Part shown: positions 18,961 through 28,613 of the stretch, in pieces | How positions within the stretch are numbered: position 1 is the stretch's first letter | How the letters are laid out: the number at the start of each line of letters is the position of its first letter | Origin: Desulfatiglandales bacterium | GTDB taxonomy: Bacteria > Desulfobacterota > DSM-4660 > Desulfatiglandales > Desulfatiglandaceae | Reading direction: 5' to 3' | DNA length: 64,000 bases | Assembly: GCA_963666345.1 (NCBI GenBank) | Contig: OY762721.1 | Coordinates: 4,000,001-4,064,000, forward strand | Program-made: the position numbers and the translations under genes | The notes under the pieces: generated by a model | The model's input: the letters and a program-made list of their open reading frames with translations, nothing else | What the model was told of the DNA's origin: nothing | The model's database searches: none

Positions 18961-19779
18961 TCAGAGCCGCTGGGATTGGGACGCGAAAACGGCTTGAGCC
19001 TTTTCGAGTGCCTCGGGATCATCGATACCCATTACCTCATTTTCATCCTCTACATTCAGATAGCCGACCGGCAGACCGTCCGCGTTCATATATCCAACCA
19101 TATCGGTGATAAAAAACTCCTCAAACTCCCTGATTTCTCCCTTTATCTGCTTGCGCACCAGGTGCGGATGCGATTCAAGTATGTCAAGATACCTCAGCAG
19201 CAGATCTTTTCTGGCCGCGTAAATCCCGGAGTTACAGACTCTCAGTGATTCAATGCGTTCATCTGAGAATTCCTTCCAGTATTTCCACTCTATGATTTTC
19301 CGAACCTTTGCCTCTTCGATTTCAAGAACTCCATACTGCTTTTTCGACTCAGGCCTGAATCCGAGGACAACGATGCTGTTTTTTTCGAGCTTCTCAAGCA
19401 GGGCATCAAAACTGGATCTTTTTACAAAGGGAACGTCTCCCATCGTTATGATGATTCTTTCACATGTCTGTTCACGGATAAATTGACGAGCCGCCAGAAG
19501 AGCCCCTCCTGTCCCGTTTAAAACAGGCTGCTCACAGTAGTAGACGTGAAGGCCTTTAGTGGCCTCGATAATGTCCTTTTTTCCATGGTTGATCACGACC
19601 GCCCTGGGGCCGGGCGGAAGGTTGGCGAGGATATTAACGATTATGGCATGTCTTCCCTTATAGGGCGATTGAACCGGCACAAGGGGCAGCAGGGACTTGT
19701 TGCCTTTGTACCCTTTCATCCTGCTTCCCCTTCCGGCGGCAAGGATAAGCGATACGGACTCTTTTCTTTTACTGTTCAT
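18961..19779 (-). CDS. Nucleotidyltransferase (GlmU N-terminal-like, stand-alone)
   Basis: ILAAGRGSRM, Q..LNGTGGAL, GDVPF, YG, CNSGIY, EFFITD, EVMGIDD; no hexapeptide domain. Confidence 0.85.
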   Translation of the reverse strand: MNSKRKESVSLILAAGRGSRMKGYKGNKSLLPLVPVQSPYKGRHAIIVNILANLPPGPRAVVINHGKKDIIEATKGLHVYYCEQPVLNGTGGALLAARQFIREQTCERIIITMGDVPFVKRSSFDALLEKLEKNSIVVLGFRPESKKQYGVLEIEEAKVRKIIEWKYWKEFSDERIESLRVCNSGIYAARKDLLLRYLDILESHPHLVRKQIKGEIREFEEFFITDMVGYMNADGLPVGYLNVEDENEVMGIDDPEALEKAQAVFASQSQRL

Positions 19780-19908
19780 GCATTTGGATCTCTTTTGGAT
19801 TGGATTTTTAAATGGCCTTTATATAAACAGAACAGAACACAGGAGGCAAGGCAAAACCGTCGCAGCAATCGGTGTTGCCTTTCCTTGCCGATTCGGATAA
19901 TATTTTGT

Positions 19909-20240
19909 GGTTCTTCTCCAACTTAGTTGGCGAAGAGGGTCCAAGGGTTCCAGGAGTCAAGGGGTCAAGGGTTTGTTTTCTAAAGACTTTATCCGCATTT
20001 TTAACAATTTATTGATCTCTGTGTACCTTATGTTATTTGAGAATTTTTCATTTATTCTATACCTGAAAAGAGTTAGCAGGATTTATGCAACAGCTTTAAA
20101 TCTTTGTAATGCTTTAGGGGTTTTATCCACCGTTTCAATGGAGCACTCGAAGCCTTGAACCCTCAGAGCTCTCAGGCGCTTAAATAAGAAGGCTTTCTTT
20201 ATTTAGCCCTGTTTAACGCCAACTAATCGGGAGATGATCC
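19909..20240. mobile_element. MITE (332 bp), internally deleted member of the GGTTCTTCTCC TIR family
   Basis: TIRs GGTTCTTCTCCAACTTAGTTGGCG / CGCCAACTAATCGGGAGATGATCC (19/24); TATTTTGT duplicated at 19901-19908 and 20241-20248. Confidence 0.9.
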
Positions 20241-20298
20241 TATTTTGTGGATCAACAGGGTCCGATGGGCCGGGCAGATTTCCGGGGCAGGAAAGAGC

Positions 20299-20625
20299 AT
20301 GAAAGATACGATTGATTTTATAAGATCCTACTATGAATTCAAGGGATCCGTTGACTTTTCCAAGAGCGGCATTCTCCCTGATCTGGAAAATATAGTATGG
20401 TGCATGCTGATGGGCATGCCGGAGGTGCCTGCCGATGAACGAACCTCCGGTGACGCGACTGTGGAGGCAATAGACCAGAGGGTGGCCATTCTCAAGGCAG
20501 TGTTTGTGGAGGTAAACGGAGATGAGGCGGATGAATTCCTGGATCAGGGTATGCTGACTTATGATGAGGCAGCCAGGATTGCCAAGAAGATGCTTGAGGA
20601 AAACGGGGAAACATCTTTACCGTAA
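20299..20625 (+). CDS. Hypothetical protein
   Basis: ATG 20299 after a purine-rich SD; 108 aa, predicted helical and acidic. Confidence 0.7.
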   Translation: MKDTIDFIRSYYEFKGSVDFSKSGILPDLENIVWCMLMGMPEVPADERTSGDATVEAIDQRVAILKAVFVEVNGDEADEFLDQGMLTYDEAARIAKKMLEENGETSLP

Positions 20626-20647
20626 CAGTAATGATCCGCCTTTGCGA

Positions 20648-21805
20648 TCAAAGAGTTGAGGCTATCACCACCTTTTGTATCTGGCTCGTTCCTTCGTATA
20701 TCTGCGTTATCTTCGCATCCCTCATCATCCTTTCAAGCGGGTATTCCCTGACGTAACCGTACCCTCCCAGCATCTGAACCGCATCGGTTGTGACCTTCAT
20801 GGCGGTTTCGGCTGCGTGTAACTTTGCCATAGCCGAGTAGCGTATCGCCTCTTTCGGAAGTCTTTCCATGTCCTTGGGAAACCGCTCAAAGAGTGAAGCG
20901 GCCTTGTATGTGAGCTGTCTTGAGGCCTCTATGCTTGTCGCCATATCCGACATCATCCATTGAAGACCTTGAAAAGAGAAGAGCGGTTTTCCGAACTGGA
21001 CCCTTTCCTTTGTGTAGGCGACCGCGTAATCCATGGCCCCCTGTGCTATGCCAACCGCCTGAGCCGCGACAGGAATGCGTGTTATATCGAGAGTCTTCAT
21101 TATTATCGGAAAACCGGATCCCTCAGCGCCTATAATGTTTTCCACCGGGACCCTGACATTATCCATTATTATCTCGACCGTTGACGAGCTTCTTAAACCG
21201 AGTTTGCTCTCATGTTTTCCAATGCTGAGACCTTTGGCGCCCTTTTCAATCAGGATCAGGCTGGTACCTTTGTGACCGGGTGTATCCTGATTGCTTCTGG
21301 CTGCTATGCAAAGCAGATCCGCCACATCACCATGCGATATAAATATCTTGCTGCCGTTTATGATGAAATGATTCCCGTTTTTTACCGCCTTGGTCTTAAG
21401 ACCGGAGACATCCGAGCCTGCGTTCGGTTCGGTAAGACCGAACGCGATGAGTTTTTCGCCCGATGCAAGTGCGGGCAGGTACTTTGATTTCTGTTCCGGG
21501 CTGGCCGCGAGCAGCAGCGGGGTGGAACCCAGTTCATGAACAAGCAGTATTACGGCGGTTGAGGCGCATACCTTGGCCAACTCCTCTATGGCAATACATA
21601 GAGAGAGAAGGCCCATCTGCGAGCCGCCGTATTGTTCGGGAAAGTCAGCCCCAAACAGGGCGTTTTGCCTTAGTAACTCTACCATATCCCATGAAAATTT
21701 CGCCTCCTCGTCCCTTTCGGCCGCACCGGGCTTCACCTGTTCCCTTGCCATGCGGGCAACCGTACTTTTAAGCATAATCTGTTCTTCCGTGAGGTCGTAT
21801 TGCAT
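20648..21805 (-). CDS. Acyl-CoA dehydrogenase
   Basis: AFGLTEPNAGSD, INGSKIFI, ERVQFGKP, QMLGGYGY, RDAKITQIYEGTSQIQ. Confidence 0.95.
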   Translation of the reverse strand: MQYDLTEEQIMLKSTVARMAREQVKPGAAERDEEAKFSWDMVELLRQNALFGADFPEQYGGSQMGLLSLCIAIEELAKVCASTAVILLVHELGSTPLLLAASPEQKSKYLPALASGEKLIAFGLTEPNAGSDVSGLKTKAVKNGNHFIINGSKIFISHGDVADLLCIAARSNQDTPGHKGTSLILIEKGAKGLSIGKHESKLGLRSSSTVEIIMDNVRVPVENIIGAEGSGFPIIMKTLDITRIPVAAQAVGIAQGAMDYAVAYTKERVQFGKPLFSFQGLQWMMSDMATSIEASRQLTYKAASLFERFPKDMERLPKEAIRYSAMAKLHAAETAMKVTTDAVQMLGGYGYVREYPLERMMRDAKITQIYEGTSQIQKVVIASTL

Positions 21806-22161
21806 TTGATATCCCTTTCAATATAGTTGGTATTCAATCGGAACCGCATCGCGGCCTGACCCGGATACCGTCTACCGAGATTCGAAGCGGTCAACCTTGA
21901 CGGCTTAGTAACAAAGACCGATTGTGTCGCCTTAGGGGGAATTTTTTTACCATGCCGTCTGAATCCTGCCTTCAGCACCGCATCAGGCCGGCGGGAATTG
22001 GGGTGAAGGCGAGCAACGGGTGAAACCGTCATGATGATAGCTAGTGAAATATATATCACGATTTTTACGCATGGAAGGTTTTTTTTCAGCTTTTATATTG
22101 ACCCCCCCGGCGCAAGCTGGTAAATAAAAAAACAGAGCCTGCAAAGACTATGCGGTTTGAT

Positions 22162-23607
22162 TTATCCTTTGATGACTCCAAGGGGCCTCATGCGGGCTAC
22201 CCTATTGGCTAGACCGGCTCCATGGACCACTTCCACCACTTGGGATATGTCTTTATATGCCTCCGGCATTTCCTCCATGAGGGTCTTTTTGCCCCGAGAT
22301 AGAACGTGAATACCTTTGTTCTCTAACTCGTTGCGTATTGATCGGCCGTGGGCCGTCTTTTTTGCCTGAGACCGACTCAGCACCCGGCCTGCGCCGTGAC
22401 AGCAGGAGCCGAAGGTCTGTTTTAACGCATTTTCCGCACCGGCCATCACGTAGGAGAAAGTTCCCATATCACCCGGGATAAGTACGGGTTGTCCGGAACC
22501 CTGGAAGATTGCGGGAAGCAGAGCGTGCCCTGGGGGAAGTGAGCGTGTCGCGCCTTTTCTGTGTACGCACAGACCGATCCGTTTGCCCCTGATATCATGG
22601 TATTCTTTTTTTGCGATATTGTGGCAGACGTCATAGAGCAGGTTCATGCCGAGTTCAACCGGAGTCAAGGAAAGAGACCTAAGCAGGGTTTCCTTTGCCC
22701 AGTGCATGAGAATCTGCCTGTTGGCCCAGGCATAATTTGCAGCGCAGGCCATGGCGGAGAGATAACGCCTCCCAAGGTCCGAATTAATCGAGGCGAACGC
22801 AAGCTGCCTGTCAGGCAGATCAAAAGGCCTCTTCTGTTTATGAAAGACACTGCTCATTTCCTTTAAAAAGTCGTCACAGATTTGATGCCCGAAGCCCCTT
22901 GAACCTGTGTGGATTAATATGGTTACCTGACCTTTGAACAGATTGTATGATCGGGCGGTTACCTCGTCGTAAATGGCATCCACCACCTGGATTTCCAGAA
23001 AGTGGTTCCCGGAACCGAGCGTTCCGAGTTGCCGGACGCCTCTTTCAAGCGCCCTTTTGCTTAGAACAGACGGGTCAGCGCCCTGCATCGTTCCATGATC
23101 TTCTGTCCTATCGAGGTCTTCCTCGGTGCCAAGGCCGTTTTTGATCGCCCATGCAGCGCCCTGTACTGCCACATTTTTCAGGTCTTTTCCGGAAAGGCGA
23201 ATTTCTCCGGTTGAACCGACTCCGGAAGGTATGCTTTCGAATAGAGAAGATACAAGTTTTTTTGTGTGAGAGGCTATCCGGTCGGCCGAAAGCCTGGTAG
23301 TCATTAGGCGGCAACCGCAGTTTATATCGTATCCGACTCCACCCGGAGAAATAATGCCTTCATCCATGTCGAAGGCTGCCACACCACCAATGGGGAAGCC
23401 ATAGCCCCAGTGAACATCAGGCATGGCAAGCGAATGCCCGACGATACCGGGCAGCATCGCCACGTTGGCTACCTGATGCAGACTCTGGTCATCCCTAAGG
23501 GACCTGATCAGACGGCTATTTGAGAAGACAAGACCCGGTACCCTCATGGGACCTTTTTTCTTTATTATCCAGCGGTGCTTGTCCTGTTGTTCTAATTCTA
23601 TTTGCAT
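22162..23607 (-). CDS. rtcB: RtcB RNA ligase
   Basis: MPDVHWGYGFPIGGV, GYDINCG, LGTLGSGNHFLE, IHTGSRGFGH, HNIAK, HRKGAT, SCCHGAGR, EEMPEAYK. Confidence 0.96.
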   Translation of the reverse strand: MQIELEQQDKHRWIIKKKGPMRVPGLVFSNSRLIRSLRDDQSLHQVANVAMLPGIVGHSLAMPDVHWGYGFPIGGVAAFDMDEGIISPGGVGYDINCGCRLMTTRLSADRIASHTKKLVSSLFESIPSGVGSTGEIRLSGKDLKNVAVQGAAWAIKNGLGTEEDLDRTEDHGTMQGADPSVLSKRALERGVRQLGTLGSGNHFLEIQVVDAIYDEVTARSYNLFKGQVTILIHTGSRGFGHQICDDFLKEMSSVFHKQKRPFDLPDRQLAFASINSDLGRRYLSAMACAANYAWANRQILMHWAKETLLRSLSLTPVELGMNLLYDVCHNIAKKEYHDIRGKRIGLCVHRKGATRSLPPGHALLPAIFQGSGQPVLIPGDMGTFSYVMAGAENALKQTFGSCCHGAGRVLSRSQAKKTAHGRSIRNELENKGIHVLSRGKKTLMEEMPEAYKDISQVVEVVHGAGLANRVARMRPLGVIKG

Positions 23608-23658
23608 GAGGATGTTTTCTGGTCAGCTATACGGGGAAAATTACAGGGAAGGCCCTTC

Positions 23659-24084
23659 CTAGAGGTCGAAGATTACCCTGGCCTCCCAGTGGCTTTCCAT
23701 TTCAAAGACAGAGATCTGGTGATAGGTAACGGCCTTTATTTCGTAAATAATCTCATCCAGCCTGGAATCATATCGCCTTGTATCCAGTTTTGCCTCAAGC
23801 CTTGTGTCTGAGATTAGTACTATCTGGAGGCCTGTTAATATTTCCCTTTTAACTTCAAAAACATAGAGAATTTCACCGAGCCATCTAACCATAAGATCGG
23901 GCAGGTCTTCGCCCGATATTGATATGTTCCGGCTTCCAGTGGCTTTGCTTTTTGTGACCTTTAACATAAGCTTTGTAAATGCAAGAGCTGCATCGCCAAA
24001 AAGATTTTTGAGATCTTTGCCTCTTACTTCGATGCCCAGGTCGGCCGTATGTTCAAGGACATTGAAATCAGGTTTGGAATCCAT
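23659..24084 (-). CDS. Archease
   Basis: LEHTADLG, EIKAVTYH, C-terminal IFDL. Confidence 0.93.
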   Translation of the reverse strand: MDSKPDFNVLEHTADLGIEVRGKDLKNLFGDAALAFTKLMLKVTKSKATGSRNISISGEDLPDLMVRWLGEILYVFEVKREILTGLQIVLISDTRLEAKLDTRRYDSRLDEIIYEIKAVTYHQISVFEMESHWEARVIFDL

Positions 24085-24153
24085 GAAAAAATCATATCTG
24101 CTAGAGCTCAAATTGTCAAAATTTGGTTTTATAAGTAGGGAGGAAAGAAAAAG

Positions 24154-24432
24154 ATGAAATGCGCCTTTTGTGGTGTAAATATTCCTATATCCGGGAAAAT
24201 AAGCAGAAACGATACCTGCCCGAACTGCAGAAAGACATTGAGGTGTTGCAAGCAGTGCAACTTCTATGACCCTAACGCCTATAATGAGTGCAGGGAGGTC
24301 TTGGCCGAAAGGGTCGTGGATAATGAGAGACCCAACTTTTGCGATTATTTCGTCCCCAAGGGTACTCCCCGGGGCAGGATAAACAGGGTGCAGGATGCAA
24401 AAAACGCCCTTGAAGCCCTTTTCAAAAAATAA
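24154..24432 (+). CDS. Small Cys-rich (putative Zn-binding) protein
   Basis: CAFC, CPNC, CCKQC, C, C; GGAGG SD. Confidence 0.8.
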   Translation: MKCAFCGVNIPISGKISRNDTCPNCRKTLRCCKQCNFYDPNAYNECREVLAERVVDNERPNFCDYFVPKGTPRGRINRVQDAKNALEALFKK

Positions 24433-24554
24433 AGGGATCTTGAGAATTGAGTTAAAGCAGCCGTTCGGCAGGTTGGCCCGATTGCCGAATGGTGGAATAG
24501 CAAATAGGATCAGTCGGTTCAGGGGTTAAAGAAAAAAAGGATACAAGGATGTGA

Positions 24555-25781
24555 TCAGCGGGGTAAACCCAGGACCGATTTTTTGATACAATGAACCAGG
24601 GAATCTATGCCACGGTCTTGTCCGGCAAGAAATATGAAAAAGGGGCAGAGTCTGTTTCCAGGCCCTTGAATATATCCCGCCCTTGTCCTTATTCCGGTTA
24701 GACTGCCTGTCTTGTAAAATATCTCACCCCTTTTCCTCATTAGATGCCGATAAGGGGAAAATGCGTTGAGGACGGTCAGCATATCAACGGGTGCCAGCCT
24801 GTTTTGTTTAGAAATACCGCTACCTTCTACTATTTCTATATTATAGAGCTTTAACTTGTCTTTGGCATATTCCAGGACTACTTTTATCCCTTTATCAAGT
24901 GTGCCCGGCGGGCCCAGGACATGTGCGCCGAGTGCTATTAGTATCTGATTCGCCATGAAGTTGTTTGAGTACCTCAGCATCTTCTGAACCGCGTCCTCCA
25001 GGGTGAACATGGAGCGATAGGTGTAGACAAGTCCGCCTTTGAGACCTGAGGAATTATGTATGATTTCGCCTTTGAAAAACACCCCCTTTTCCTTAAGGAA
25101 GTAGGCAAGTAGTTCCCCTGCGTATCTGGCGCCATCCCTTTTCTTGTGGGAAAATGTGTAACGACCCCGCTTGAGCCCGAGGCCCCGTATCTTTTTCAGT
25201 GAAAAGGGGAGGATAGGTGTTGATTTTTCAGCGGAAATTATTCCGCCGGACTCATCGCGATCAAAGAATATGGTATTGAAGTTGGCGCAGAGCGCTCCCA
25301 CCGGTGCGTCATAAGGATTGGTTGAGCTTCCTACCCCCGGGATATCTCCGGTAATGGAAAAATAACTGTCATCTAGAACCAGATCCTTAAATCCCTTGAT
25401 TCTTTCTGAAAGGCGGTCGGCAATTCTTATCCAGGCCTCTGAAATGAGAAGCGGGTCGCCGAATGCCTTTACTGAAAGATTCGAGTCTTTATCCAGAAAG
25501 AACTCGGTCTTGAATCTGTATGAGGGACCCATCAGTTCAAGCGCTGCAAGACCGGTAAGGATCTTAAGGGTTGACGCGGGAATACACTTGCTTTTCTCAT
25601 TTTTTTTATAAAAGACCTCTCCTGCCGGTCCTGCGACTATAAAGGCGTCTTCAGCTCTGAAACGGTCTGCACAGGAAAGACCGGCCCGTGCTTCCGCACA
25701 CCTTGCCGAACAATCAAGGGTTGTAATGCCGATAATCAGAAAAACCAGAAATTTCAGGGAATCTCGCCTTTTGCGCGACAA
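24555..25781 (-). CDS. dacB: D-Ala-D-Ala carboxypeptidase/endopeptidase (PBP4, peptidase S13)
   Basis: PASTLK (SxxK), SNN (SxN), GSGIS, KTG; start uncertain, TTG at 25781 chosen ahead of the hydrophobic segment. Confidence 0.85.
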   Translation of the reverse strand: MSRKRRDSLKFLVFLIIGITTLDCSARCAEARAGLSCADRFRAEDAFIVAGPAGEVFYKKNEKSKCIPASTLKILTGLAALELMGPSYRFKTEFFLDKDSNLSVKAFGDPLLISEAWIRIADRLSERIKGFKDLVLDDSYFSITGDIPGVGSSTNPYDAPVGALCANFNTIFFDRDESGGIISAEKSTPILPFSLKKIRGLGLKRGRYTFSHKKRDGARYAGELLAYFLKEKGVFFKGEIIHNSSGLKGGLVYTYRSMFTLEDAVQKMLRYSNNFMANQILIALGAHVLGPPGTLDKGIKVVLEYAKDKLKLYNIEIVEGSGISKQNRLAPVDMLTVLNAFSPYRHLMRKRGEIFYKTGSLTGIRTRAGYIQGPGNRLCPFFIFLAGQDRGIDSLVHCIKKSVLGLPR

Positions 25782-26046
25782 AAGAGCGGCTGTCCATTTT
25801 TTTATGCCGCCTGAAGCAGGGGCGGACCGGAACGCGCCATGAAATTTACGCCCGGTCAAGGTGAGCTCATGATTTCTGTCTGCACGCCGGCGCATGCAGG
25901 ATGTCATATTAGTGATGCTGAGGCACGACCTGTGAGGCCCGCACATACCCCGCATGGGGGAACGAACCGGCATACGACCGGCAATGAAATCTTGACGGCG
26001 AATCAGGGGCATGCCCGGTTGACTTTCAGCGTATTGCCTGATACCC

Positions 26047-26316
26047 CTATTCGCTGAATTCCGGGATATCTTCGGGGAGAGGATTTTGAAGGTAATCATG
26101 TAAAATGTCTATCTTATCCTGAGGTGATTTTCTTTTATCTATGAAAAGATGGTATTCTCCCTTGATCTTACAGATTCCACCCTTGAGTTTCAGCCCTGCA
26201 GCCTCAAGGAGATCGTAATGGACAAAAATACCCTTTTGGGATGCCGTTTCTTCAAGATCTGTAAGTTTTTCCCGCAGTTCGGGAGGGCAGGTTTTCTTCG
26301 TTTTTTTCTTTTTCAT
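26047..26316 (-). CDS. Hypothetical protein
   Basis: 89 aa, KGGICKIKGEYHLFIDK; SD-like GAGAG. Confidence 0.7.
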   Translation of the reverse strand: MKKKKTKKTCPPELREKLTDLEETASQKGIFVHYDLLEAAGLKLKGGICKIKGEYHLFIDKRKSPQDKIDILHDYLQNPLPEDIPEFSE

Positions 26317-26492
26317 CTCTCTGCTTTTGTTAATGTATGTTTTCAGGCCCTTATAACACGAATCACAGGCATTTTCAAATGTCTAAAAGGGAATTATTAT
26401 CAAGATCTTTCAGCCGGTTACATTATGTGGGTTCGGATCAGCCGTGCAAACCGTTTAGACCGTGGGTAAAGGTAAACGAAAAGGAGAAAAAG

Positions 26493-27395
26493 GTGAGTGA
26501 TAAAAAAATCCTATCCGTTTCAGATGTAGTCAATGGACTTGAAAGCGAAGGATATATGGCTGAGCGTGCCCTGGCTTCTGTTATTTTTCTGTCTCATCGC
26601 CTGGGAAAGCCTGTTTTTCTGGAAGGAGAGCCGGGTGTTGGAAAGACGGAACTGGCCCTGGTGCTTTCCAGGCTTTTTAATACCGAACTCATCCGGCTTC
26701 AGTGTTATGAGGGCCTTGATGTGGCAAGCTCCCTTTATGAATGGAACTACCCTAAGCAGCTTTTGTTTATAAGGATGGCCGAAAGGGATGGCAGTATCAA
26801 TAATGATATCAAGGACACCATTTACGGGCCTGAGTTCCTGATAAGGCGACCGCTTCTGGAGGCGATAGAGAAATCAGAGGGCAGTGCCCCTGTGTTGCTC
26901 ATCGATGAGATCGATCGGGCGGACGAGGAATTCGAGGCGTTTCTTCTCGAGGTGCTGGCCGACTTTCAGATCACCATACCGGAGATCGGGACGATAAAGG
27001 CCAAAAAACGACCGATGGTGGTGGTAACCTCAAATCGTACGAGAGACGTGCATGACGCCCTGAAACGGCGTTGTCTGTACCACTGGATCGATTATCCTTC
27101 CTTTGATAAGGAGTACAGGATCGTGATGACTCATCTGCCGGGGCTGGAATCAGGCTTTGCCGAACAGATTACCCGATTTATGCAGGGAATTCGTGAGCTG
27201 AATTTCCTTAAAAGCCCTGGAGTTTCGGAGACCCTCGACTGGGCGAGGGCCTTAATGGAAATGCAGAAATACAGACTGGATGAGGAGGCGGTCCTTGAGA
27301 CGCTTGGCTGTATTTTAAAGTATCAGGACGATATTAGGATGTTCAGGGAAGAGGTGTGGGCCGATTATGAAAAAAGGGTTTCCTGGCTGCAGTAA
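26493..27395 (+). CDS. MoxR/CoxD-type AAA+ ATPase
   Basis: GEPGVGKT, RLQCYEGLD, LLIDEIDRADEEFEA, HDALKRRC; GTG start after AAGGAG. Confidence 0.92.
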   Translation: MSDKKILSVSDVVNGLESEGYMAERALASVIFLSHRLGKPVFLEGEPGVGKTELALVLSRLFNTELIRLQCYEGLDVASSLYEWNYPKQLLFIRMAERDGSINNDIKDTIYGPEFLIRRPLLEAIEKSEGSAPVLLIDEIDRADEEFEAFLLEVLADFQITIPEIGTIKAKKRPMVVVTSNRTRDVHDALKRRCLYHWIDYPSFDKEYRIVMTHLPGLESGFAEQITRFMQGIRELNFLKSPGVSETLDWARALMEMQKYRLDEEAVLETLGCILKYQDDIRMFREEVWADYEKRVSWLQ

Positions 27396-28593
27396 GGTCG
27401 AAAAAACAGGTGCCGGGTATAATAAAAGCCCAGGGAGAGAAATCTCCCCCGGTTTGGCATCAGAGGTGATTCGGTTCGCACACTGTCTCAAGATCAGAGG
27501 ATTCAAGATCTTTCAGGGCAGCGTGCAGGACTCCTTGAAGGGACTGAGGCTGATAGATCTATCCGAAAGGAACGATTTTTTCGCTGTGCTCAGAGCCAAC
27601 CTGGTTACTAATGATATGGAATGGAGTAAGTTCAGACAGTTTTTTAATGAATTCTGGCGTCATCTTGAAATACCGGATAAAAATAAAACTGAAAAGGAAA
27701 ATCGAGCCGGGGAAGAGCCGCCCCTGATGCCGTGTGAGCAGATCGGACATACGGATCAGGTGGCTCAACGAGGTTCGGAGTGCCGTATGGAGCGGGACAG
27801 GGAATGGCTTGAGGGGACAGCCTACAGCCCGATTTCAGAGGTGGAGAAGAAGGATCTTGCCGACTTTGACAGATCGGATATCCAGTTGGCCCGCCTCGCG
27901 CTGAAAAAGATCTCGGAACCCTTCAGGATACAGATATCACGCCGTTTCAAAAAAGCAAAACAGAGGGGAAGAATAGATCTAAGCAGGACAATGAAAAGTG
28001 CCCTTGGAACCGGGGGAATACCTCTTGAACTTTTTTTCAGGGCAAAAAAGAAACGGCTCAGGAGGCTTATAATAATCGCGGATGTCAGCGGTTCCATGGA
28101 TCGTTATGCAAGGTTCGTCATGCCCTTTCTTCTGGGTTTGAAGGGGGTGGGCTCAAGGGCGGAGGCGTTTGTGTTTTCAACCTCTCTTACGCCTATAACG
28201 CATTTCGTGCAGCACCTTCCCGTCAAGGAGGCCCTCAAAAGGATAAGCTGCGAGGCGTCGGACTGGTCTGGGGGCACGAGGATAGGCTTTTCGCTCCGCC
28301 AGTTTAACCGGGAACATGGGAGAAAGCTTCAGATGAAAAGGTCGGTTGTGGTGATCCTGAGCGACGGATGGGATCTCGGCGGAAGGATAATGCTCAAGAG
28401 AGAAATGGAGCTTCTCAAGAAAAGCGCTAACAGGGTAATATGGCTTAATCCCCTGCTTGGAAATCCTGATTTTCAACCCATGTGTAAGGGCATGCAAACG
28501 GCAATGCCCTTTTGTGACTATCTGATACCTGCCGACAGCCTCGATAGTCTGAAAAGGGCCGGCAGGATATTGGCCGGCGCCATGATCCCTTAG
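27367..28593 (+). CDS. CoxE-like VWA domain protein
   Basis: DVSGSM MIDAS motif, WSGGTRIG, ILSDGWD, WLNPLLG. Confidence 0.9.
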   Translation: MKKGFPGCSKVEKTGAGYNKSPGREISPGLASEVIRFAHCLKIRGFKIFQGSVQDSLKGLRLIDLSERNDFFAVLRANLVTNDMEWSKFRQFFNEFWRHLEIPDKNKTEKENRAGEEPPLMPCEQIGHTDQVAQRGSECRMERDREWLEGTAYSPISEVEKKDLADFDRSDIQLARLALKKISEPFRIQISRRFKKAKQRGRIDLSRTMKSALGTGGIPLELFFRAKKKRLRRLIIIADVSGSMDRYARFVMPFLLGLKGVGSRAEAFVFSTSLTPITHFVQHLPVKEALKRISCEASDWSGGTRIGFSLRQFNREHGRKLQMKRSVVVILSDGWDLGGRIMLKREMELLKKSANRVIWLNPLLGNPDFQPMCKGMQTAMPFCDYLIPADSLDSLKRAGRILAGAMIP

Positions 28594-28613
28594 AAATCGT
28601 GGCTCCGATCTTC

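Noticed and set aside
25782..26099. 106-aa N-terminal extension of dacB in the ORF track
   Set aside because: Overlaps the upstream gene, precedes the signal-like segment and has no protein-like features
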